A DNA stretch of 64,000 nt from an uncultured delta proteobacterium (lineage in GTDB: Bacteria > Desulfobacterota > Binatia > UBA9968). A model generated the notes under the pieces. The model had not been told where the DNA came from, did not search any database, and saw only the letters and a program-made list of their open reading frames with translations. Of the stretch, positions 21,385 through 30,823 are shown one piece after another. The DNA is taken from NCBI GenBank assembly GCA_963745035.1, contig CAVUVW010000002.1, forward strand, positions 1 to 64,000, given 5' to 3'. How positions within the stretch are numbered: the first letter of the stretch is position 1; every line of letters begins with the position of its first letter. A program made the translations under genes and the position numbers.

Positions 21385-22388
21385 AGGTAGTCAGGAGTCA
21401 GTGGTCAGTAGTCAGCAAGAGCCTTTTCGCATTGGCTCTTAGCGCTCTGTTCTTTGAGCTTTGTGATACTGCGCATGCGCAGCGGCAGGCGAAGATACCT
21501 AAGATTGGCGAGCTCGTTTTTCGATCTGGTTCCACTTTAGGCACCGGGCGCGAGATGTTCCGGCAATCGCTTCGCGAACTAGGCTATGTTGACGGCAAGA
21601 GCGTTACTTATGAGACTCGGTCTGCCGAGGGCAAGCTTGACCGGTTCCCCGCCTTGGCCGAGGAGTTGGTCCGTCTCAAAGTCGACATATTCCTTACGTC
21701 GTCGTCGGATGAAACCCTGGCCGCTAAAAGAGCCACCAAGACGATCCCCATCGTATTTGTGGCTCAAGTTGACCCTGTCACCGCTGGGATGGTTGACAAC
21801 CTGGCGCGACCGCCGGGAAACGTCACCGGAATCACTACCAGCGCGGCTGAGTTGAGCGGCAAAAGGCTCGAGTTGCTCAAGGAAACCGTTCCAAGACTCT
21901 CGCGTGTCGCGGTGATGTGGAATCACGCAGGTTCTGGGCAGGCATGGAAAGAAAGCCAACTACCGGCAAAAGAGCTGGGGTTGCAGCTTCATTCCATGGA
22001 GATCAACAGCGCCGACAAACTCGACAGCGCGTTCAAGGAAGCATTGAAGGCCGGCAGCGCCGCCATCGCCGTGACACAAAACCCATTGATCTCATCTAAT
22101 CAAAAACAGATCGTGGTGCTGGCAACGAAGAATCGGCTGCCGACGATTTACCCTCGGGGAGATTATGTCGCTATTGGTGGCTTGATGTCCTACGGAGCCG
22201 ACCCGACCGAACACTACAGGCGCGCCGCCGTTATCGTCGACAGAATCTTAAAGGGCGCCAAGCCCGCCGATCTCCCCGTGGAGCAACCGACCAAGTACGA
22301 ACTCATCATCAATCTGAAAGCGGCCAAGCAGATCGACCTCACGATTCCGCCGAACGTGTTGGCACGGGCGGACAGGGTGATTCGATGA
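21381..22388 (+). CDS. COG2984 SBP copy 18
   Basis: GTGA overlap; family motifs. Confidence 0.92.
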   Translation: MKVVRSQWSVVSKSLFALALSALFFELCDTAHAQRQAKIPKIGELVFRSGSTLGTGREMFRQSLRELGYVDGKSVTYETRSAEGKLDRFPALAEELVRLKVDIFLTSSSDETLAAKRATKTIPIVFVAQVDPVTAGMVDNLARPPGNVTGITTSAAELSGKRLELLKETVPRLSRVAVMWNHAGSGQAWKESQLPAKELGLQLHSMEINSADKLDSAFKEALKAGSAAIAVTQNPLISSNQKQIVVLATKNRLPTIYPRGDYVAIGGLMSYGADPTEHYRRAAVIVDRILKGAKPADLPVEQPTKYELIINLKAAKQIDLTIPPNVLARADRVIR

Positions 22389-22420
22389 GGCGTGAGTGGT
22401 GAGGCGTTAGGCGCGAGTCG

Positions 22421-23437
22421 TTGACGGAGAACCACGTGAACAGAAACTTTTTGCGCTTGTTACTCCCAGCGATCTTGCTGATCACTGCTTCCATTGCCGA
22501 GGCACAGCAGCCGGCGAAGATTTCAAGGATCGGTTTTCTTTCGCGCGATGTGCATCCGGCCGATTCTCGAGCGCCCGCGCCGCGTCGCCTCGAAGCGTTT
22601 CGACAGGGTTTGCGAGAATTAGATTACGTGGAAGGAAAAAACCTCATCATTGAATACAGGTATGCCGATGGGCGGATGGAGCGATTACCCTCGCTGGCTG
22701 AAGAACTAGTCCGCCTAAAGGTTGAGATTATCGTTACGGATACCGCCGCACCGGCCCGTGCAGTTAAGAAAGTAACTTCGACGATTCCAATCGTTGTAGT
22801 AAGTGCCGGCAATCCCGTTCAAGGCGGACTAGCAGCGAGTCTCGCCCGGCCCGGCGGAAACGTCACGGGGTTGACAGGCTTGACTTCGGAACTGCTCGGC
22901 AAGCGACTTGAGTTGCTACACGAAGTCGTCCCTAAAGTCTCTCGTTTTGCATTCCTCGATGACGATGACATTGTCGATCTGTCTCCCTTTAACTATGCCC
23001 AGAAGGCTGCAAAGGCACTAGGCGTTCAACTTGATCGGATAGAGGTAAAGCTTGCTACCCCCGATTTCGACGGCGCATTTCGAGTGATGATCAAAGATCG
23101 CGTGGGCGGCCTCGTTACCAGTGCAGGAGTACTCAGTTCAACTCTCCACCGAAAAAGCATCTTGGACCTATTGGAACGGCACCGTATGCCGGCCATACAT
23201 GCCAGCCCGCTGTGGGTAGACGACGGCGGGCTCATGTATTACGGGGCGAACTCTACCTATCTATATCGGCGTGCCGCTACGTTTGTGGATAAGATTCTAA
23301 AGGGCGCCAAGCCTGCCGACCTGCCCTTTGAGCAGGCGAGGAAGTTTGACTTCATCGTCAATCTTAAAGCGGCCAAGCAGATCGGCCTGACGATTCCGCC
23401 GAGTGTCCTCGCACGGGCAGATAGGGTGATCAAGTAA
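22421..23437 (+). CDS. COG2984 SBP copy 19
   Basis: Intact ORF with family motifs. Confidence 0.92.
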   Translation: MTENHVNRNFLRLLLPAILLITASIAEAQQPAKISRIGFLSRDVHPADSRAPAPRRLEAFRQGLRELDYVEGKNLIIEYRYADGRMERLPSLAEELVRLKVEIIVTDTAAPARAVKKVTSTIPIVVVSAGNPVQGGLAASLARPGGNVTGLTGLTSELLGKRLELLHEVVPKVSRFAFLDDDDIVDLSPFNYAQKAAKALGVQLDRIEVKLATPDFDGAFRVMIKDRVGGLVTSAGVLSSTLHRKSILDLLERHRMPAIHASPLWVDDGGLMYYGANSTYLYRRAATFVDKILKGAKPADLPFEQARKFDFIVNLKAAKQIGLTIPPSVLARADRVIK

Positions 23438-23485
23438 GCAGGGACGAGTGTCGGGTGACGAGTGGACGGAGACAGAGGAAAAGAC

Positions 23486-24466
23486 ATGAGGAGAAGAAGC
23501 ACCGGATTTGCGCTTAACGCTATCTTCTTTTTACTTTGCTCAGCGGCCGAGGCGCAGCAGGCAAAGATGTTTAAGATCGGCGAGCTGCTTTTCCGGGATC
23601 GTACCGATTTAGGTGCGGGCCGTCAGGTATTCCGGCGACAACTTCATGATCTCGGGTATGTTGAAGGGAAAAATATCCTTTACGAGACTCGGTCCGCCAA
23701 GGGCGATCTTGATCGGTTTCCGAAATTGGCGGGTGAATTGGTGGGATTAAAAGTTGATGCTCTCGTGGCATCGTCAACAGCGGAAGCTCTGGCCTTTAAG
23801 AACGCTACCAAGACGATCCCCATCGTATTCGTTGCCACGAGCGATCCCGTTACAGATGGCCTCGTCCAGAGTCTGGCAAGGCCTGGCGGGAACGTTACTG
23901 GAACAACGTCCATAGCATCGGTGTTGGCTGGAAAGCGACTCGAGCTGCTCAAGGAGACTATTCCCGCGCTCTCTCGGGTAGCGGTGCTTTGGAATCCGCT
24001 CGATCCGGGTTCGCAGCAACAGTGGACCGAAAGCGAACTTGCGGCCCGACAACTGGGATTGCAGCTTCATTCCATGAAGATCAGCAGCGCGGATAAACTC
24101 GAGGCCGCGTTTAAAGATGCCATCAAGGCGCATAGCGCCGCTCTCGCCGTGATGGCCGGCTCGGTTGCGAGCGCCAACCCAAAGCTAACCACCGAGCTTG
24201 CCCTAAAACATCGGTTACCAATGATCTCCGACCGAACCGACTATGTCATAAGTGGCGGCTTGATGTCCTACGGACCTAATCGATCCGACTCCTACAGGCG
24301 AGCTGCGCTGATGGTTGATAAGATACTCAAAGGCGTCAAGCCTGCCGACCTTCCCGTGGAGCAGCCGACGAAGTTCGAGCTGGTAATCAACTTGAAAACG
24401 GCGAAACAGATCGGGTTGACGGTTCCTCCGAACGTGCTGGCGAGAGCGGACCGGGTGATTCGGTGA
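23486..24466 (+). CDS. COG2984 SBP copy 20
   Basis: MRRRSTGFAL signal peptide and family motifs. Confidence 0.92.
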   Translation: MRRRSTGFALNAIFFLLCSAAEAQQAKMFKIGELLFRDRTDLGAGRQVFRRQLHDLGYVEGKNILYETRSAKGDLDRFPKLAGELVGLKVDALVASSTAEALAFKNATKTIPIVFVATSDPVTDGLVQSLARPGGNVTGTTSIASVLAGKRLELLKETIPALSRVAVLWNPLDPGSQQQWTESELAARQLGLQLHSMKISSADKLEAAFKDAIKAHSAALAVMAGSVASANPKLTTELALKHRLPMISDRTDYVISGGLMSYGPNRSDSYRRAALMVDKILKGVKPADLPVEQPTKFELVINLKTAKQIGLTVPPNVLARADRVIR

Positions 24467-24487
24467 AACGATTTTGGATTTTCGATT

Positions 24488-25501
24488 TTGGATTTTCGAT
24501 TCGAAGATACGAAAGAGCGCGGGCTTTGTTCATTCCATTCTGCGTTTTCCTTTTTATGGTTTGCGCTCAGATTGAAGCGCAGCAGCCGGTACAAGATGTC
24601 CCGCGTCGGGTTTGTGTCTGGAACCGGCGATGTTAACAATCCGGGGCCGTTTGTCACCGCCTTCCGGCGCGGCCTAACAGACCTCGGTTATGTCGAGGGG
24701 AAAAACATCCACGTTGAATATCGCTACGTTCAAGGACGCACGGACAGAACCGTTGATTTCTTTAACGAGATCGCACAACTCAGGGTCGATGTCGTCGTTT
24801 CCTCGGAAGCCGCGCTAGTCCGTGCTGCGAAGAAGGCAGCCACCACAATTCCGGTCGTAATGGTAATCAATGGTGACCCGGTCGCGGGCGGTTATATTGA
24901 CAGCCTGGCGCGTCCCGGCGGCAACATCACCGGATTGACCCGGCTCAACCGAGAGTTGAGCGGTAAACGCATCGAGCTACTCAAGGAAGTAAACCCAAAA
25001 ATATCGAAAATCGGAATCCTCTTTGCCGCAAGCTCAGGTAGCCTCGCTAACTCTTTCAAAGAATACCAGTCCGCAGCCCGCGCACAGAAGATGCCGCTCC
25101 AGTCCTTGGAAGTGAGCGCCCCGAACCCGAACCTAGAGCGGGTCTTTCGCGGAGCCGTCCAGCAGGGAGTGAACGCCGTCATCACGGTAAGAGGTACTGT
25201 GCTCAACCGTCACTCAGAAAAAATCTCCGAGTTGCTAATACGAAATCGACTGCCGTCAATGCATGAGAGAAACGAAGACGTCGAAGCGGGCGGCTTGATG
25301 TCCTACGCCTCCAGCGATGCCGAAAGTTTCAAGCGTGCGGCATTCTACGTTGACAAGATTTTAAAGGGCACCAAGCCGGCTGATCTACCAGTCGAGCAGC
25401 CCACGAAGTTCGAGCTGGTGATCAACTTGAAAACAGCCAAGCAGATTGGGCTGACCATTCCTCCCATTGTTTTGGCGCGAGCGGACAGAGTGATTCGATG
25501 A
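24488..25501 (+). CDS. COG2984 SBP copy 21 (5' end probably has indels; start may be GTG 24463)
   Basis: Mature domain intact; signal peptide scrambled. Confidence 0.87.
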   Translation: MDFRFEDTKERGLCSFHSAFSFLWFALRLKRSSRYKMSRVGFVSGTGDVNNPGPFVTAFRRGLTDLGYVEGKNIHVEYRYVQGRTDRTVDFFNEIAQLRVDVVVSSEAALVRAAKKAATTIPVVMVINGDPVAGGYIDSLARPGGNITGLTRLNRELSGKRIELLKEVNPKISKIGILFAASSGSLANSFKEYQSAARAQKMPLQSLEVSAPNPNLERVFRGAVQQGVNAVITVRGTVLNRHSEKISELLIRNRLPSMHERNEDVEAGGLMSYASSDAESFKRAAFYVDKILKGTKPADLPVEQPTKFELVINLKTAKQIGLTIPPIVLARADRVIR

Positions 25502-26511
25502 TGCGATTTTGGATTTTAGATTTTCGATTTTGGATGCGAGGATTTGGGCTATGTTTGTGTCTTGCCCAGTGTGCCCTGCTCTTCGCGCTTTGCTTGCCGG
25601 CGCGGGCACAGCAGCCTAAGTTCGTTAAGATTGGATGGCTCGGCATACGTGGTTCAGGTTCCGGAAGTGAGAGCTTCCGGCAGCAGTTCCGGGAGCTCGG
25701 CTACGTTGACGGCAAAAATACAAAAATCGAGTACCGTTACGCTGAAAATAGGCTCGACCGGCTCCCTTCTCTCGCTGATGAGCTGATCGCCCTCCGGGTT
25801 GATGTTCTCGTGACACCGGCGATGGCTGCCGCCTTTGCCGCCAAGAATGCTACCCAAACAGTCCCGATCGTATTTTTTAATGTATCAGATCCTCTCGCTT
25901 CGGGGCTTGTCGCTAACTTGGCGCGGCCAGGAGGGAACATCACAGGAGTTAGCAACATTGCTGCGGTACTTGCCGGCAAGCGACTGGAGTTACTCAAAGA
26001 AACGATTCCTAAGCTCTCGCGCGTGGCTTTGCTGTGGAACCCCGGAGATCCGAGCTCTGCTCTTCAGTGGAAAGAAAGCCAGGGACCGGCACGACAACTG
26101 GGCCTGCAACTTCATTCGATGGAAGTTGATAGCACGGACAAATACGAAAGCGTGTTCAAAGAAGCAATTAAGGCGCGGGCTGGCGCTGTCGCCGTCACCC
26201 AACACTCCTTGGCAAATTCCAATCAAAAACGGATTGCGGATCTTGCCGCACAGAACCGGTTGCCGGCGATATACGCTCGTCAAGATTTCGCAGAAAGCGG
26301 CGGCTTGATGTCGTACGGCGCCTATCAGTTCGATATGCCGCGGCGCGCCGCTGTTTACGTTGACCGGATTCTCAAAGGCGCCAAACCAGCCGATCTTCCG
26401 GTCGAGCAGCCGGCGAAATTCGAGCTGGTAATCAATCTGAAAGCGGCGAAGCAGATCGGCCTGACGATCCCACCGAATGTGCTGGCGCGGGCGGATCGAG
26501 TGATTCGATGA
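25498..26511 (+). CDS. COG2984 SBP copy 22 (last in array)
   Basis: Intact ORF with family motifs. Confidence 0.92.
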   Translation: MMRFWILDFRFWMRGFGLCLCLAQCALLFALCLPARAQQPKFVKIGWLGIRGSGSGSESFRQQFRELGYVDGKNTKIEYRYAENRLDRLPSLADELIALRVDVLVTPAMAAAFAAKNATQTVPIVFFNVSDPLASGLVANLARPGGNITGVSNIAAVLAGKRLELLKETIPKLSRVALLWNPGDPSSALQWKESQGPARQLGLQLHSMEVDSTDKYESVFKEAIKARAGAVAVTQHSLANSNQKRIADLAAQNRLPAIYARQDFAESGGLMSYGAYQFDMPRRAAVYVDRILKGAKPADLPVEQPAKFELVINLKAAKQIGLTIPPNVLARADRVIR

Positions 26512-26712
26512 AACAAGTTTCCTCACGAGTTTATCCTGAGCAAGGCTAAGGGTTCAGGACATTTCGCCGCCAATTTCGATTTACTCTTCATTTGTTTCGG
26601 ATTTCGAGCTTCGGATTTCGAATTTTATCCGGTCGTAACTGTGCGGTTGCACGGGACAACTCACGGCCATATAGTCGCCCACAGTTAACCCCATGGGCGG
26701 TGAGGTTCTTCC

Positions 26713-28401
26713 ATGTACGATCTGATTCTTAAAGGCGGGCGCATTTACGACGGTTCGGGTCTGCCGTCGTTCATCGGCGATGTCGCGATTCGCGACGGCA
26801 GGATCGCCGAGATCGGCCGAATCAATGCATCCGCCGATCGCGTGCTCGACGTCGGCGGGCTCGCGGTCGCGCCGGGCATCATCGACTTTCACACCCACTT
26901 CGACGCCCAGCTTTGGTGGGACCCGCTGGCGTCTTCGTCCGTCGATCATGGCGTCACGTCGATCGTCATGGGAAATTGCGGGCTCACGCTCGCGCCGTGC
27001 AGGCCCGAGGGCCGCGACGCTCTGATCGGCACGTTCGTGCGCGTCGAAGATATGCCGCGCGCAACCTTGCAGGCGGGGATTCCCTGGGAATGGACGACGC
27101 ATGGCGAATTCCTCGACGCTCTCGAAAAAAAGCCCCTCGGCGTGAACGTCGGCACGCTCATCGGCCACTGCGCCGTGCGCCAGTTCGCCATGGGCGAAGC
27201 CGCCGTCGAGCGCGAAGCGAATGATGAGGAAATCGCCGAGATGGAAGAGCTGGTCCGACAGGGCATGGCGGCCGGCGCCTTCGGCTTTTCGACTAATGCC
27301 AATCAGCGCCACTACCGTGAAGACGGCAAGCCGGTGGCGAGCCGCTTCGCCGCTCTCGACGAAATCGCGCGCCTGTGCCGCGCGGTGGGCGAGAGTCAAC
27401 GCGGCCTGGTTCAATTCACCCACGGCGCCTTCGCGTCGCCCGAGCACGTCGCGCGCATCGGCGAGTGGTACGACACCATTCTGCAAGAAACCCGCCGGCC
27501 GCTGATCGGCGAGAGCATCCGCCACTTCTGGAGCGAGCCCGATCTCTGGCGCAAACAATTGGAGGACGTCGCGGCGCGTAATCGCCAAGGCTATGCGGCC
27601 TACGCGATGACGAGCACGCGGCGCTCCATGCGGCGCTGGACGCTCAAAGATTCGAGCCGATTCGATGAAATGCCGGCGTGGAAAAAGGTGATGACTTTGC
27701 CGTTGGATCGGCGCAAGGAGAGATTTCTCGATCCGAGCATCCGCGCCGAGCTGGCCGGCGCGATGGCGGAGCACAGGCCAATCGGCTTCTCGCGCCGCTG
27801 GGATTTGATTACGGTCAAAAAAGCCGCGCGGCAGGAGAACAAACCCGTCGAAGGCAAAAGCATCGAGGACCTCGCCAGCGCGCGAGCAAAATCGCCGATC
27901 GACGCTTTTCTGGACTTAGCGCTATCCGAAAACCTGGAGACGACCTTCGAAGACATCGCGTCGCAAGGCGATGAGAAGGCGGTGAAAGAAATCTTTTCCA
28001 ACCCGCACGTGCTGCTCGGCCAATCCGATGCCGGCGCCCACGTCGCCAACGCCAACCCGGGCTTCGGCTACTCGACGATCATGCTGGCGCATTGGGTGCG
28101 CGAGCGCCAAATCATGAATCTCGAAGACGCGATCAAAAAACTGACTTTCCTGCCGGCCACAATCTTCGGCATTGCCGATCGCGGCTTGCTGCGCCGCGGC
28201 ATGGCTGCCGACATCGTCGTTTTCGATCCGGAGAAGATCGACCTGACCGAACCTGAAAAGCTCGCGGATCTTCCCGAGGGCGCCGAGCGCTACGTCCAGC
28301 GCGCCACCGGCGTCCACTACACGGTCGTCAACGGCTCGGTGCTGATGAGAGACGGCGCCCACACGGGCCTGTATCCGGGAAAAGTATTGCGAAGCTGCTA
28401 G
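26713..28401 (+). CDS. N-acyl-D-amino-acid deacylase-like amidohydrolase
   Basis: YDLILKGGRIYDGSG, PGIIDFHTHFD, GNCG, SDAGAH, ADIVVFDP motifs. Confidence 0.9.
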   Translation: MYDLILKGGRIYDGSGLPSFIGDVAIRDGRIAEIGRINASADRVLDVGGLAVAPGIIDFHTHFDAQLWWDPLASSSVDHGVTSIVMGNCGLTLAPCRPEGRDALIGTFVRVEDMPRATLQAGIPWEWTTHGEFLDALEKKPLGVNVGTLIGHCAVRQFAMGEAAVEREANDEEIAEMEELVRQGMAAGAFGFSTNANQRHYREDGKPVASRFAALDEIARLCRAVGESQRGLVQFTHGAFASPEHVARIGEWYDTILQETRRPLIGESIRHFWSEPDLWRKQLEDVAARNRQGYAAYAMTSTRRSMRRWTLKDSSRFDEMPAWKKVMTLPLDRRKERFLDPSIRAELAGAMAEHRPIGFSRRWDLITVKKAARQENKPVEGKSIEDLASARAKSPIDAFLDLALSENLETTFEDIASQGDEKAVKEIFSNPHVLLGQSDAGAHVANANPGFGYSTIMLAHWVRERQIMNLEDAIKKLTFLPATIFGIADRGLLRRGMAADIVVFDPEKIDLTEPEKLADLPEGAERYVQRATGVHYTVVNGSVLMRDGAHTGLYPGKVLRSC

Positions 28402-28447
28402 AAATTTTCAGAGCCGGAATATAAACTTGCCGCACCAGCCCGGCTGA

Positions 28448-29450
28448 TCACCTTAATCCGAAAATTTCCTTCCACAGTCTTTTCATATTTCGGATAATCC
28501 GCGATGTCCTGCTCGCCCACCGGGTAGATCCTCGCGGGACGGGTTTTTTCCACCGGCTCGACTTTCGGATGCGCTGGCACGCGCCCGCCCTGAGCGTAGA
28601 TTTTCTGTCCTTCCTCGCTCGCGGTCCAGCGCGCAAAAAGCAATGCGGTGTTCGGATGCGGCGCGTTCTTCAGGATTGCCGTGGCATCGATGTCGCCGGT
28701 TCCTTCGGTAAGCATGTAATCGAGCGGCGCGCCTTTGCGCTTGCGGGCCGGAAAATGATGCGTATAGCAGGTAAGACAGGCCGCGGCTTGCCCGGCAACC
28801 AAGAGCTCCGCGAGCTGCGAGTGGCCTTTGTGAAATTCGATATTGTTCGCCGCGATGCGCTTGAGCAAAGCGACCGCCTTCTCGTCGCTCTTGTACTTGT
28901 GCTTGGCCAAACCCAGCAATAATTGGAAATCGCGCGGCTCGGCGATGAGAATATTTTTCCAGCGCGGCTCGGCGAAATCTTCGAACTGCTTGGGCTCGTC
29001 TTCCTTCTTGATCTTGTTCGTGTTCCACGCCGGCACGATATAAATCAAATCAGTAGCGACCCAGGTCGTTCCTTTAAGCTCGTCCGGATATGCCGCCGCT
29101 TCCGGATAGAGCTTGTCCAGGAACAATCCCTGAGTTTGGACACGCATCATGCCGTCCAGCAGGGTCTGAAAAATATCGGCGATGATCTTGCCGCCGCGCG
29201 ATTCGGCGATGATGCGAGCCGCAAGCTGGTCCGAGGTGGCATCGACGTGATTGACCTTGATGCCAGGGAAGCGCTTCTCGAAGGCGGGAAGAATGGTTGC
29301 CGCGTTGACCTGCGCCAGAGTCGCGTAGAAATTGAGCGTACCGCCCTCGGTCAACGCTCGTTTATAAACTTCATCGAGCGTCTGCGCCTCGGCGCGGCCG
29401 ATGGCACAAACCATCAAAAACAACGCGAGCAGCAATGTTTTCAATCTCAT
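28448..29450 (-). CDS. Fe3+/thiamine-type (AfuA-like) solute-binding protein (indel near C-terminus)
   Basis: Signal peptide; FEKRFPGIKV and APHPNTALLF...SEEGQ motifs; true end LWKEIFGLR*. Confidence 0.85.
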
Positions 29451-29624
29451 TTGCCCCCTCTGCCTCACTACGATAGCCGGATGCGGCACAATTTCACTGC
29501 AGACCACTGCCGTCATACAATCGCAAAGCCCAGTCGCACAGCAACGGCGTAGCGCGCACGTTACACTTGTGCGGCCGGCTAACTACCGATCCCTTTCGAA
29601 CGACGGCCCTTCACGCTTCCGGCA

Positions 29625-29996
29625 TTACGCCGTTGGAATGCGCAATTTTTGTCCCGGATGAATCAGATCCGGATTCTTGATCTGATCGCGATTTGCTTCA
29701 AAGATTTTTTGCCACGTGACACCAGGATATTTTGTGGCGATTTTACTGAGCGAATCGCCGGAGACCACGGTATAAATAGTTTCGCTCCCCGCAGCAACAT
29801 CGAGGTTCAAGACCACGTCGCCCGAGCGCATATCCGGGTCCAGGCGGTTATATTCATCCCATAGCTGTTGTTTAACGGCTTCACTAGGCGCGGTCCCGTG
29901 GATGTGCAGGACATCGTCCTGTTCCTGGATGTTCAAATCGGCAACTCCGCTGCCTTCGGCCATGGTGATTAACGATTGATACTTGTCTCTCAGCAT
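29625..29996 (-). CDS. LysM-domain protein (Kbp/YgaU-like)
   Basis: YTVVSGDSLSKIA...IFEANRDQIKNPDLIHPGQKLRIP. Confidence 0.9.
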   Translation of the reverse strand: MLRDKYQSLITMAEGSGVADLNIQEQDDVLHIHGTAPSEAVKQQLWDEYNRLDPDMRSGDVVLNLDVAAGSETIYTVVSGDSLSKIATKYPGVTWQKIFEANRDQIKNPDLIHPGQKLRIPTA

Positions 29997-30007
29997 GGGG
30001 CACCTCC

Positions 30008-30508
30008 CTATTTGATAGTGAGTTGGTTAACAACTTTTTTCGGGCCGGCCTCGTTGGCCGCTTTCATGGCGTCTTGCAGTTTCGCTCGGGGAATCTCGCC
30101 GGTCAGCGTCACTTGTCCATCGGCGACATTGGCGGTTACGCCTTTCACGTTATATTTGACCAGGTTTGCCTCAACCGCGCTTTTTATCTTTGGATCCTCG
30201 GAAACAACTATGGGCGGCTTGACGCTCAAGTTATTGACCACCGACTTCACGTCGGCGACACCCTTCGCGGCTTGCTCTGCCTGGCTCTTGGCCGAATCAT
30301 TGTCCACCGTTCCGGTCAAAGTTACGACTCCCTCCTTGGTCTCCACGTTGACCATGGAGGCCAAAGCCGGACTCTGCGCCGCGATTTGCGATTTCACGCT
30401 GCTCGTCAGCGCCGCATCGTCGGGACCTCTTTTGCACCCTCCCAGCAGAGTAGCCATGCAAACGACAAGCGCTGCCGTGATCAAGTGCAACGTTTTTTTA
30501 CCTTGCAT
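30008..30508 (-). CDS. BON-domain lipoprotein
   Basis: LLGGC lipobox; two GVVTLTG/GQVTLTG BON repeats. Confidence 0.88.
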   Translation of the reverse strand: MQGKKTLHLITAALVVCMATLLGGCKRGPDDAALTSSVKSQIAAQSPALASMVNVETKEGVVTLTGTVDNDSAKSQAEQAAKGVADVKSVVNNLSVKPPIVVSEDPKIKSAVEANLVKYNVKGVTANVADGQVTLTGEIPRAKLQDAMKAANEAGPKKVVNQLTIK

Positions 30509-30823
30509 AACCTCAACCTCCTTTGGCTTGGAAAAAATCCGTTTCATCGCGCACTGCAGGACACTACCATAGCCGCCTTTTTGGCTACAATCCCACTTCC
30601 AAAATAAAACCTACCGCGTCCTTGACGCTACAATGCGGAGTTCTGTGAAACCAAAACGAGGAATTCTCTAGGCCTTGCTAACTGACAGTCTTACCGAGAA
30701 GCCGAGCCGTCGGTATGAATCTAGTGGTGCTTGCTATAATGTCGTCGTCGCGCGTATCCTCGCCCACTCCCCTTTTTTTGCGTTCCTGCCCTGGCCGTGC
30801 CGGGATGTATAAAAGCGGCATTA

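Noticed and set aside
1-26511. Classical integron or diversity-generating retroelement
   Set aside because: No intI, no consistent RYYYAAC/GTTRRRY attC sites, no reverse transcriptase and no template/variable repeat pair visible.
1-26511. Array as a simple repeat-expansion assembly artefact
   Set aside because: Copies are strongly divergent in their mature domains. Mis-joins at conserved tails still need read confirmation.
3084-26526. Recurring antisense ORFs (RITRSALA...SAGLAPLRILST; [13 protein letters not shown])
   Set aside because: Shadows of the conserved sense-strand motifs.
75-26630. CRISPR array
   Set aside because: Repeats are 7-9 bp tandem units or coding tails, with no regular repeat-spacer period and no cas genes.
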